This document shows, one piece after another, positions 40,279-52,475 of a DNA stretch of 64,000 bases. Numbering within the stretch: position 1 is the first letter of the stretch; each line of letters opens with the position of its first letter. The stretch spans positions 17,670,001 through 17,734,000 of the forward strand of contig NC_043000.1 of the NCBI RefSeq assembly GCF_006345805.1, written 5' to 3'. The translations under genes were made by a program, and so were the position numbers. Under the pieces are notes generated by a model that worked only from the letters and a program-made list of their open reading frames with translations, did not search any database and was not told the origin of the DNA. The DNA comes from Octopus sinensis. Its lineage: Eukaryota.

Positions 40279-40679
40279 CCATTGTTCTACATCTGCTTTA
40301 CATGCTGGCATGGTTGGATGGGTTGTCACAGTCAGTCAGTGCATTTTCAGAGCCAGTGCTTGCTTAGACTGGTTGGAGGATCTCAGTTTGCTCATGTTTC
40401 ATTTTTGATTTGGTTTCTACAGCTTGTTGCCTTTCCCAATGCAAACCACTTTACAGAATGTACTGGCTGCTTTTAATTCTTTTATTCTTTTATTTGTTTC
40501 AGTCACCTTGACTGCGGCCATGCTGGAGCACTGCCTTTAATCGAATAAATTGACCCCAGGATTTATTTTTTGTAAGCCTAGTACTTATTCTATTCGTTTT
40601 CTTTTGCTGAACTGCTAAGTTACGGGGATGTAAACACACCGACATCAGTTGTCAAGTGATGGTGGGGAAGCAAACACAG

Positions 40680-40722
<43 letters not shown>

Positions 40723-41235
40723 ACGGGCTTCTTTCAGTTTCTTATTTCTTTATTGCCCGCAAGGGGCCAAACATAGAGGGGACAAACAAGGGCAAAGGGA
40801 TTAAGTCGATTACATCGACCCCAGTGTGTAACTGGTACTTAATTTATCGACCCCGAAAGGATGAAAGGAAAAGTCGACTTCGATGGAATTTGAACTCAGG
40901 ACATAACAGCAGACAAAATACTGCTAAGCATTTCACCCGGTGTGCTAACGTTTCTGCCAGCCTGCCACCTTATGTTCTTTCAGTTTCTGTCTACCAAATC
41001 CACTCACAAGGCTTTGGTCGGTCCGAGGCTATAGTAGTAGACACTTGCCCAAGGTGCCATGCAGTGGGACTGAACCTGGAACCATGTGGTTGGTAAGCAA
41101 GCTTCTTACCACACAGCCACTCCTGTGGTTTATTTTTTTTTTTAGTTTTATTTATTTATTTTTGTTGCACCAGCATTAGAGAGATGTCATGTCCATGACA
41201 AGACCAAAGACTCTTCACAACCTCACACTTTACAC

Positions 41236-41521
41236 CAGTAGTTCCCAAAGTGACAAAGTGAGCAGTACTGCCCCATTGGGGGCAGTGGAAAGATTTAGTG
41301 GGGTGTTGAAGAAAAGTGGGATGATAATTGGGTGGCCAAAATGGAGTGACAGATGTAAAAAAAATATTAATAGGTTAATTAGATTTAAGTTTTATTTTTG
41401 AAATACAGTTGTTTTGAATTTTCAGCATAAAGTGGTTTATATTTGTGGTGGGGAGGGGGCTGCTAGAAAAGTGACCTGGGTGCCAAGGGGGTGGCAACTT
41501 GAAAATGTTTAGGAACTACTG
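41236..41521. mobile_element. hAT (Buster/Charlie-like) MITE, second family
   Basis: Ends cagtagttcccaaa...tttaggaactactg; perfect TSD ctttacac (41228-41235, 41522-41529). Confidence 0.85.
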
Positions 41522-41803
41522 CTTTACACAATGTACCGGGGGGGGGGGGAGGTCTGTTTTACACGTTGTCAACACCAGTGTGATGGGTCTTTGACATTAT
41601 TAAAAAGACCTCCCAACACCACATCTTTGCTCAACTAATTGGTCTCTTTAGTGAGTGAGAAGTAAGAGAGATAGAGGTATGAGTGGTACTGTTAAGTGGG
41701 ATGTGTTTAAAAGGGAATGATTGATAGAGGAACTCAGTGTTCAGAGATAGGTATTTTTTATTCAAAGCACCATGTCTGAGATGACTATATGTTGATGGAA
41801 AGT

Positions 41804-42224
41804 GGTGGCAAGCTGGCAGAAACGTTAGCACGCCGGGCGAAATGCTTAGCGGTATTTCGTCTGCCATTACGTTCTGAGTTCAAATTCCACCGAGGTCGAC
41901 TTTGCCTTTCATCCTTTCGGGGTCGATAAATAAAGTACCAGTTTCGCACTGGGGTCGATGTAATCGACTTAATCCCTTTGTCTGTCCTTGTTTGTTCCCT
42001 CTATGTTTAGCCCCTTGTGGGTAATAAAGAAATAGAAATAGGTATTTCGTCTGCAGTTACGTTCTGAGTTCAAATTCCACCGAGGTCGACTTTGCCTTTC
42101 ATCCTTTCGGGGTCGATAAATAAAGTACCAGTTTCGCACTGGGGTCGATGTAATCGACTTAATCCCTTTGTCTGTCCTTGTTTGTTCCCTCTATGTTTAG
42201 CCCCTTGTGGGCAATAAAGAAATA
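41804..42224 (+). mobile_element. Family D SINE dimer (full unit plus 5'-truncated unit)
   Basis: Junction gaaata|ggtatttcgtctg at 42040/42041; whole dimer flanked by 18-bp TSD tatatgttgatggaaagt (41786-41803, 42225-42242). Confidence 0.85.
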
Positions 42225-42537
42225 TATATGTTGATGGAAAGTAGCAACATGACCTAAGGTGACAGAGCAATATATCAGAGACCCTAGGAAATGTGAGGGG
42301 AAAAGGAGCAAAAGTATGATGATAGACAAAGTGAAAAGGGGTGGGCACAGCTGTATATTTGTTTCAGAAGTTTGCTTCGAAGGAAGGGGTTGTACCAAAG
42401 ATCTTCAGAGACTGGTAAGACTGCCAAGATGCTGCATTTGTGGTTGTCATCCATGGTCAGTATGTATTCATCATCACTATCATCATCATCATCATCATCA
42501 TCATCCACATCATCATCATCCACATCATCATCATCCA

Positions 42538-42570
<33 letters not shown>

Positions 42571-42689
42571 CATCATCATCAACAACATCATCATCATCAT
42601 CATCATCATCAACAACATCATCATCATCATCATCATCATCCACATCATCATCATCATCATCATCATCATCCACATCATCATCATCACCA

Positions 42690-42752
<63 letters not shown>

Positions 42753-42765
42753 CATCATCATCATC

Positions 42766-42799
<34 letters not shown>

Positions 42800-42957
42800 T
42801 TTGTTGTCATTGTTGTCAACATCATCCTCAACATCATTGTCAGCACATCATTCTTATAGTCATCATTATCATCATCATCATCATCATCATCATCATGTTT
42901 GATGATAAAAAAAATTATCATCTTTGACTTAAGGCACATAAAATCATACATACATAT

Positions 42958-43600
42958 GCACAATCACACACACACACACGCACAAAAAGAGAAAAACGAT
43001 ACATGGAAGATCAAAAAAACATGTGATTCCAGTGAGTTGTGATCATTCCATTCTCCAGCTGTCTGCTAATACTATTTCCATAACACACAAAAATCCAGTC
43101 ACAATATTTAGCCATTCTGCAAAACTAAAAGACTTTCAAATCACAAGATTTCGTTCTATTCTGGGATTTTTTACTGCTGATACTACAGAAAAATATTTGT
43201 TTTGGTTCTCTGTTTACTCCACTTGCATACACATACATACATACATAGATACATACATACATAGATACATACATACATACATACATCATACGCACAATCA
43301 CACACACACACACACACGCACAAAAAGAGAAAAACGATACATGGAAGATCAAAAAAATATGTGATTCCAGTGAGTTGTGATCATTCCATTCTCCAGCTGT
43401 CTGCTAATACTATTTCCATAACACACAAAAATCCAGTCACAATATTTAGCCATTCTGCAAAACTAAAAGACTTTCAAATCACAAGATTTCGTTCTATTCT
43501 GGGATTTTTTACTGCTGATACAACAGAAAAAAATTTGTTTTGGTTCTCTGTTTACTCCACTTGCATACACATACATACATACATACATACATACATACAT
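42958..43600. repeat. Direct tandem duplication, period about 334-338 bp
   Basis: Units start 42958 and 43292; ORFs 43023 and 43361 nearly identical; three substitutions seen outside the microsatellites. Confidence 0.95.
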
Positions 43601-44589
43601 ACATACATACATACATACACATACATACATACATACATACATGCATATTCATATGTACATACATAGATACATGCATACATACATACATACACACACACAC
43701 ATACATACATACATACATACATACATACATAGATACATGCATACATACATACATACATACATACATGCATGCATACATACATAATACATACATACATACA
43801 TACATGCATATTCATATTACATACATAGATACATGCATACATACATACATACACACATACATACATACACATACATACATACATACATACATACATACAT
43901 ACATACATACATACATACATACATACATCATCTTCATCATTTTAGCATCTTCGTCCAACACTAGCATGAGTTGGATGGCTTGATGAGTAGCTTCTCCATG
44001 GCAGGAAACTTATTCTGCCTTGTTCCCTTTACTCATATTTTAGCCCCTCATTTCTTAGCATAAAGCCTCCTTTCCCAGGGTTTGTAGTTTTGCTAGCTGC
44101 ACAGTAACCTCACAAGTGCTGGTGACGCAAACAAAAATACCCATACATGCTGTAAAGTGATTGGCATGAGGAAGGGCATCCAGTTGTAGGAACCTGGCCA
44201 TTGTAGACAGTGATGCAGAATGTAAGCTTCTGTATAGTTTCTGCTTACCAATTCCACTCACAAGTCTTATAATAATGGTATAATAGTAATAGAAATAAAT
44301 ATAGAATAAATATTTAAAAAATATATTTCTTTTGAATAGTTTAGCATTCAGATCATTCTGTTAAATGTAATATTACTCTTTTACTCTTTTACTTGTCTCA
44401 GTCATTTGACTGCGGCCATGCTGGAGCACCGCCTTTAGTCGAGGAAATCGACCCCAGGACTTATTCTTTGTAAGCCTAGTTCTTATTCTATCGGTCTCTT
44501 TTGCCGAACCGCTAAGTTATGGGGACATAAACACACCAGCATCGGTTGTCAAGCGATGTTGGCGGGGACAAACACAGACACACACACAA

Positions 44590-44624
<35 letters not shown>

Positions 44625-46844
44625 TACGACAAGCTTCTTTCAGTTTCCATCTACCAAATCCACTCACAAGGCTTTGGTCGGCCCGAGGCTATAGTAAAAG
44701 ACACTTGCCTAAGGTGCCACACAATGGCACCTTGAGCACGTGTTCACCATATTTATTCACATTGGTTTATATTAACCAGGATTTGAGATTTATATGATAC
44801 ACTTATTTATTTTTAGAATTACATTGCTAGGTAGCTGTCAGAGGCCAGATTTGGCTAGTTTGAAAATAAAACAGGTAGAATATTTGGGCTGGATATGGTC
44901 TGGTTTCAATGCTAAAGAGTTAATGAAGAAAAATATTTCAGTTCAGAAGTATAATATATTATTATATAAAATGAGTAGGTCTCATCTTTTGAGTTCAAAA
45001 TTTCCTTTGGTGCCATCTTTGATAGTGTCATGTTGTACAGCATTTATCCAAATGTAGTTATAATCGCACTTAATCTTTCGCATTCAGAGGTTCTATCCAC
45101 TGAATAACCAGGCTGTCACTTTGAACAAGCAGCCATCTGAAATAAGCCCAATCCCATGTAAACACACCAAACAAATGTAATATTATTAGCATAACATCAT
45201 TGCTATGGCCTTTGAAAATGAATTGGTTTAATTTTTTTAGTTATTCAAAAACTGCATCGAAGACCAACTGTTATGTTTGTTCCTATATGGGCTTTTAAAC
45301 CACAGTCTTTGTCAAATGAATTTGGAATATAATTCAAAGATTGGATGACTGATTCCATATTTTAGTCACTACCATTATGGTTTACATGATCTGTATGAGC
45401 CAGTGTGGAGGCGCAATGGCCCAGTGGTTAGGGCAGCGGACTCGCGGTCATAGGATCGCGGTTTCGATTCCCAGACCGGCGTTGTGAGTGTTTATTGAGC
45501 GAAAATACCTAAAGCTCCACGAGGCTCCGGCAGGGGATGGTGGTGATCCCTGCTGTACTCTTTCACCACAACTTTCTCTCACTCTTACTTCCTGTTTCTG
45601 TTGTACCTGTATTTCAAAGGGCCGGCCTTGTCACTCTCTGTGTCACGCTGAATATCCCTGAGAACTACGTTAAGGGTACACGTGTCTGTGGAGTGCTCAG
45701 CCACTTACACATTAATTTCACGAGCAGGCTGTTCCATTAATTCGGATTAACCGGAACCCTCGTCGTCGTAACCGACGGAGTGCTTCCATATGAGCCAGTA
45801 TAATCTGTTCACCATAAAGAATTACAGATATATCATTCTCTGTTTAACCTTTCAGCATTTAAACCCACCATACCCATACCATGTATTCTATTGATTTTAT
45901 GTTCAAACTAACCAATCCAGGTTCTCAAACCTACCCTACAGTGTCATTCTTAAAACAAACAATCACATCATTGAAATCTCATGATTAATTCAAAATGATG
46001 TGAATAAATAAGCAATGAATTTGACAGAATAATATGAATGCTAAATGGTTAAGATATAAATCTAGTTTGTTGTGGTTCATAATTTCTTCTGCATTGATAT
46101 CAAAAATGTGTCAGTTATCACAGCTGTTAAGAAGTACTTCCACATATACTCTTTTACTCTTTTACTCTTTTACTTGTTTCAGTCATTTGACTGCGGCCAT
46201 GCTGGAGCACCACCTTTAGTCGAGCAAATTGACCCCGGGACTTATTCTTTGTAAGCCCAATACTTATTCTATCGGTCTGTTTTGCCGAACCGCTAAGTGA
46301 CAGGGACGTAAACACACCAGCATCGGTTGTCAAGCAATGCTAGGGGGACAAACACACAAACACAAACACACACATACATATATATATATACATATATACG
46401 ACAGGCTTCTTTCAGTTTCTGTCTACCAAATCCACTCACAAGGCTTTGGTCAGCCCAGGGCTATAGCAGAAGACACTTGCCCAAGATGCCACGCAGTGGG
46501 ACTGAACCCGGAACCATGTGGTTGTTAGGCAAGCTACTTACCACAGAGCCACTCCTATGCATAATAAATGAATAATTCTTGGTCTGAATTTCCAGTTTAT
46601 AAGCTTTCGGTTGTTCAACCAACTGATCCATCTGTTCATAGAATTAATATGTAAGTGAATGTATATATGTAACAGCCATATATACAGAGTGGCTGTGTGG
46701 TAAGTAGCTTGCTAAACAACCACATAGTTCCGGGTTCAGTCCCACTGCGTGGCATCTTGGGCAAGTGTCTTCTGCTATAGCCCCGGGCTGACCAATGCCT
46801 TGTGAGTGGATTTGGTAGACGGAAACTGAAAGAAGCCTGTCGTA

Positions 46845-46897
<53 letters not shown>

Positions 46898-47131
46898 TTG
46901 TGTGTCTGTGTTTGTCCCCTTAACATTGCTTGACAACCGATGCTGGTGTGTTTACGTCCCCGTCACTTAGCGGTTCGGCAAAAGAGACTGATAGAATAAG
47001 TACTGGGCTTACAAAGAATAAGTCCCGGGGTCTATTTGCTCGACTAAAGGCAGTGCTCCAGCATGGCCACAGTCAAATGACTGAAACAAGTAAAAGAGTA
47101 TATACCCTTAATATAATCCTCAGGCAAAATC

Positions 47132-47212
47132 AGTGTGACACAGTGTGTGACACAGTGTGTGACACAGTGTGTGACACAGTGTGCGACACAGTGTGTGACA
47201 CAGTGTGTGACC
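47132..47212 (+). repeat. 12-bp minisatellite (cagtgtgtgaca) about 6 copies
   Basis: Direct reading, one unit with a gcg variant. Confidence 0.9.
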
Positions 47213-48401
47213 AGTTTGGATATTTGTTATGATGGGAATTGTGCACATCAGGTATAAGAATAATATAACCCAAATAAATATTTGGATATGGTTATGTAGA
47301 ATGACCTTTCACAAAATTAATATGTTCACACAGAATGCATTCCATACTAATCCAAATGTAGTTATGATATTAAACTAACACAGTAGCCAATATGGACAAT
47401 CAATGCAGTCAACTACCGCTGTCAGCTACCACTGTCAACTACTTGTCAACTGCTTACAATTCACAGTTTCCATATTTATTGAAATGCATTAGTCTACTTT
47501 CACTCATGTGGGGTTGGTCAGGATCCTTCCACAACAATATTTGAATTGCAAGCATAGTCCATCCAATCAACTTCTTCCTAACCAATTTTGGTCTCAAGGC
47601 TATGGTTGACCCTAGGTTATAATAGACATTTGCTCAAGATGCCATCTGTAGGCCCAAGCCCAGAGTTCTTGTGATTAAAAAATAAAAATGAACTCTTCTT
47701 CATACTTGTTTCAGTCATTTGACTGTGGCTATGCTGGAGCACCGCCTTTAGTCAACCAAGTTGACCCCAGGACTTATTCTTTGTAAGCCTAGTACTTATT
47801 CTATCGGTCCCTTTTGACAAACCGCTAAGTTACGGGGACGTTAATACACCACCATCGGTTGTCAAGCAATGTTGGGGGGAGGGGGGGACAAATGCAGGCA
47901 CACAAACATATACACACACACCACACACATATATATATATACATATATACGTCGGGCTTCTTTCAGTTTCTGTCTACCAAATCCACTCACAAAGCTTTGG
48001 TCGGCCCGAGGCTATAGTAGAAGACACTTTCCCAAGGTGCCATGCTGTGGGACTGAACCCAGGACCATGTGGTTCGTTAGCAAGCTACATACAACACTTG
48101 CTGTTTATCCCTATGGTGATTCTTGACTAGCAGACTAATGATCAAAAGCATTTCAGGTTTCTTTTTTATTCCAGGTTTTAGTAGGTCCTGCCTCAATTTG
48201 AACTCTGGGGCTTTTTTCTTCAGTGCAGAAAATTTTCATAAGCAGGAGTGGCTGTGTGGTAAGTAGCTTGCTAAACAACCACATGGTTCCGGGTTCAGTC
48301 CCACTGCGTGGCATCTTGGGCAAGTGTCTTCTGCTATAGCCCCAGGCCGACCAAAGCCTTGTGAGTGGATTTGGTAGACGGAAACTGAAAGAAGCCCGTC
48401 G

Positions 48402-48455
<54 letters not shown>

Positions 48456-48978
48456 TAGTGTGTCTGTGTTTGTCCCCCTAGCATTGCTTGACAACCGATG
48501 CTGGTGTGTTTACGTCCCCGTCACTTAGCGGTTCAGCAAAAGAGACCGATAGAATAAGTACTGGGCTTACAAAGAATAAGTCCCGGAGTCGATTTGCTCG
48601 ACTAAAGGCGGTGCTCCAGCATGGCCACAGTCAAATGACTGAAACAAGTAAAGGAGTAAAGAGTAAGCTGAAACAGGATCTTTCAAATTGAGTGAAATAA
48701 ATCCAACCAATAAGATTCAACGACTACTCATTAATTTCATTGACTGACATTAGCAAAAATACTAATGAATCCCATTTGTTGACTGCAAATCAGTCAAGCT
48801 TTAAATAAGCTAACTCAATTGGAAGACAACAGGCCTGAAAGCAGGGTAGATGTTAGAACAGGGAACTGAACAAAGTGGTGTGTTCATGTCAGGCTCTGTT
48901 CAACATCAGCTGATGTCAACAGCCAAACTTGCCAAATATGATGAGCCTGCAGCAGCATGAACAAACTAACTCCTACTA

Positions 48979-49060
48979 GAATGCAAGTGTCAGCTGCTAT
49001 AGGAACAGCCTAACCCCTATTGGGGTTAGGCTGTTCCTATAGCTGCTGTCACTTGCATTC
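48979..49060. other. 82-nt hairpin, 39-bp stem, 4-nt loop
   Basis: gaatgcaagtgtcagctgctataggaacagcctaacccc-tatt-ggggttaggctgttcctatagctgctgtcacttgcattc; two T/T mismatches. Confidence 0.9.
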
Positions 49061-49228
49061 ATTCACTCTATTTCTCTCTCCCCACTCTCTCCTCTTCACT
49101 CCCCTCTCTCCCTCCTTCCCTCTCTCTTTCTTTCCTCTCCCTTTTTCTCTCCCCTCTTTTTGTATGTGTGTGTATGTACACACACACACACACACACATA
49201 TATATATGTACATATAAATGTACACACA

Positions 49229-49278
<50 letters not shown>

Positions 49279-49560
49279 ACGTTTACATATATTTATATAT
49301 ATATATACATGTACATATAAACACTCCTGAAACACTCCTGTCACAACCTGGGACCTTGAAGACTGCTGTACTGAAGAAAGTATACTAGTCCCTTAATATT
49401 TGATATTCAATATTTCATCTATTCAATAAGACAATCAATACTTCATTTCATTTTACTATATATACTATTTATACTATATATTCTATATTCTACATTAATA
49501 TTATAAAGAATATAAATAAAACATACAAAACAGACAGAGTTGGAATTTCTTTGAATAATA

Positions 49561-49598
<38 letters not shown>

Positions 49599-50110
49599 TT
49601 TTACTCTTTTACTTGTTTCAGTCATTTGACTGCGGCCATGCTGGAGCACCGCCTTTAGTCGAGCAAATCGACCCTGGGACTTATTCTTTGTGAGCCCAGT
49701 ACTTATTCTATCGGTCTCTTTTGCCGAACCGCTAAGTAACGGGGACAGAAACACACCAGCATCGGTTGTCAAGCAATGCTAGGGGAACAAACACAGACAC
49801 ACAAACACACACATGCATATATATATATATATACATATATACGACGGGCTTCTTTCAGTTTCTGTCTACCAAATCCACTCACAAGGCATTGGTCGGCCCG
49901 GGGCTATAGCAGAAGACACTTGCTCAAGATGCCACACAGTGGGACTGAACCCGGAACCATGTGGTTGGTTACTTACTACACAGCCACTCCTGCACCTGTA
50001 TATATATATATATATATGTACACACACCTTTATATATATATAAATGTAAGATCCAGGGATCAAGGCGTAGAAAGAAAGTTAGCTTCAAGCAATCCGTAGT
50101 AAATTTTAAA

Positions 50111-50321
50111 AAACAACTTTTCAGAACCATAGTGGTTTATTGATGCAGAAGGTTGTGGAGTTTTCGTATCGAAGTACAGATAAAATGTAAAAAATTCTTT
50201 TTATTATTTCACAGTAGGCAACCATGGTTACCGAGTATGTAAATCAGAATACAAGAGTTAAGGAATGGAGTTGTAAATATCCAAACGAAGTATATATATA
50301 CTGCTTGCTACTCATCAGGCC

Positions 50322-50360
<39 letters not shown>

Positions 50361-50730
50361 GACTTAATCCGTTTGTCTGTTCTTGTTTGCCCTCTCTGTG
50401 TTTAGCTCCTAGTGGTTAGTAAAGAAATAAGAAATATATATATATCTGTTTGAATCTCCCATGTGTTAATATGTACCTCCTTGCAACAATGTAAACTTTC
50501 ATTTAATCAAGATACCCTAGGCCTGATGAGTAGCAAGCAGTATATATATACTTCGTTTGGATTTTTACAACTCCATTCCTTAACTCTTGTATTCTGATTT
50601 ACATACTCAGTAACCATGGTTGCCTACTGTGAAATAATAAAAAGAATTTTTTACATTTTATCTGTACTTCGATACGAAAACTCCACAACCTTCTGCATCA
50701 ATAAACCACTATCGTTCTGAAAAGTTGTTT
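50111..50730. repeat. Inverted repeat, 213-bp arms (50111-50323, 50518-50730)
   Basis: Three mismatches seen between arms; 194-bp spacer containing (TA)n and a SINE tail. Confidence 0.95.
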
Positions 50731-51218
50731 GATAAATCTCAGAGCGAGTTATAAACAGTAGCGATAACACATCGTGTTGCATATTTGCCATTTGAATATG
50801 GCTAACCCATAAGGGTGGATGCTACTGTAGTTTGTAGCCCCAGGAAGATATCTCCACCAGCTGGCTATAGACACACTATCTGTGTCCTCTCAGTATTTGT
50901 GAAGGGGAGTCATCCTCCCCGTCTTCAACACATGATACACACGTACCCGAGTTTCAAGGTGTTTACCTTTCATCAGCGTGTGACAATCATGGTTGTCGAT
51001 GAGAAGTCAGATCCCTTCACAAATACATATACTTTTTCCAGTGTCGATTTGACACTGATATTGAAAAAGTGAAATCAAACAATGATAAATCTCAGAGCGG
51101 CGAAAGAGTACAGCAGGGATTGCCACCACCCCCTATATATATATATATATATATTGGTAAAAACGGTAAGATAACAAAGGAAAGAAAGAGACCTCAATAT
51201 TATGTAAATAGAGGAATT

Positions 51219-51378
51219 TATCTGTAAAAGTAATATGTGACAATTATTCGGTAGCCAAGATAAAACTCTGAGTTTCGGATAACTGAAGAGATGGTGGTGT
51301 GGATTTCCACAAGGCAATCCGAAACTCAGAGTTTTATCTTGGCTACCGAATAATTGTCACGTATTATATTTACAGATA
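51219..51378. repeat. Fold-back, 62-bp arms with 36-bp spacer, between (TA)n tracts
   Basis: tatctgtaaa...gagtttcggat mirrored by atccgaaactc...tttacagata. Confidence 0.9.
51277..51339 (+). ncRNA. Type I hammerhead ribozyme motif inside a fold-back
   Basis: Stem I GGAUAA/UUAUCU; CUGAAGA 51283-51289; stem II capped by UGUGG-AUUU-CCACA with an imperfect base; GAAAC 51321-51325; stem III ACUC-A-GAGU; cut after GUU (51333). Confidence 0.55.
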
Positions 51379-51452
51379 TATATAATATATATTAATAATA
51401 TATATATATATATATAATATATATATATATATTATATATATATATATATATA

Positions 51453-52118
51453 TCATCATCATATCATCGTTTAATGTCCGCTTTCTGTGCTAGCACGGGT
51501 TGGACGGTTCGACTGGGGTCTGGGGAGCCAGGGGCTGCCCCAGGCTCCAGTCTGGTCTGGCAGTGTTTCTACAGCTGGATGCCCTTCCTAACGCCAACCA
51601 CTCCGCGAGTGTAGTGGGTGCTTTTTACGTGCCACTTGCACAGGTGCCAGAGGGGTCTGGCATCGGCCACGATCGGTTGGTGCCTTTTTTATGTGCTACC
51701 GGCACAGAAGCCAGTCACGGCGGTGCTGGCATCGGCCACGTTCGGATGGTGCTTTTTATGTGCCACCGGCACAGAAGCCATTCGAGGCAGGGTTGGCATC
51801 GGTCACGTTCGGATGGTGCTTTTTATGTGCCACCGGCACAGAGCCAGTGGAGGCTGCACTGGCAAGGGCACGTTCGGATGGTGCTTTTTATGTGTCACCG
51901 GCACAGGTATCACAACTACTGTTTCCATTGATATTTGGTTCGATGTTCATGTACATGCACTTGACTCAACTGGTCTCCTCAAGCACAGCGAGATGTTCTG
52001 GGATCCCACGATCGGTTGGTGCTTTTTATGTGCCACCGGCACAGGAAGCCAGTCGGGGCGGTGCTGGCATCGGCCACGTTCGGATGGTGCTTTTTATGTG
52101 CCACCGGCACAGAAGCCA
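51453..52118 (-). mobile_element. (ATG)n-tailed retroposon with 5' ~67-bp VNTR; other copies 1762-2168(-), 3779-4027(-), 7940-8230(+), 34062-34222(+), 54532-54890(+)
   Basis: Shared body ggagtggttggcgttaggaagggcatccagc...ggacg(t/c)taaa(c/t)gatgatgat; upstream unit gtgctttttatgtgccaccggcacagaagccagtc...ggccacgttcggatg present 0 to about 7 times (unit starts at 51749 and 51816). Confidence 0.85.
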
Positions 52119-52437
52119 TATATATATATATGTGGAGGCGCAATGGCCCAGTGGTTAGGGCAGCGGACTCGCGGTCGTAGGATCGTGGTTTCGATTCCCA
52201 GACCGGGCGTTGTGAGTGTTTATTGAGCGAAAACACCTATAGCTCCACGAGGCTCCGGCAGGGGGTGGTGGCAATCCCTGCTGTACTCTTTCGCTGCAAC
52301 TTTCTCTCACTCTTTCTTCTGTTGGCCTGCTTGCTTAGCCAGCGGGGTTGGCGTCATTTGAAGGCTAAAAAACAATGCGAAACGCATTGTGACCAGCGAT
52401 GTGTAGCAACATCTGATAGCCTGGTCGGTCACGTGAT

Positions 52438-52475
<38 letters not shown>

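Noticed and set aside
50523-50560. CTGATGA as a hammerhead core
   Set aside because: No stem II followed by GAAA downstream.
51618-52118. Regularly spaced ~67-bp repeats resembling a CRISPR array
   Set aside because: The whole unit repeats with no unique spacers, no cas genes, eukaryotic context.
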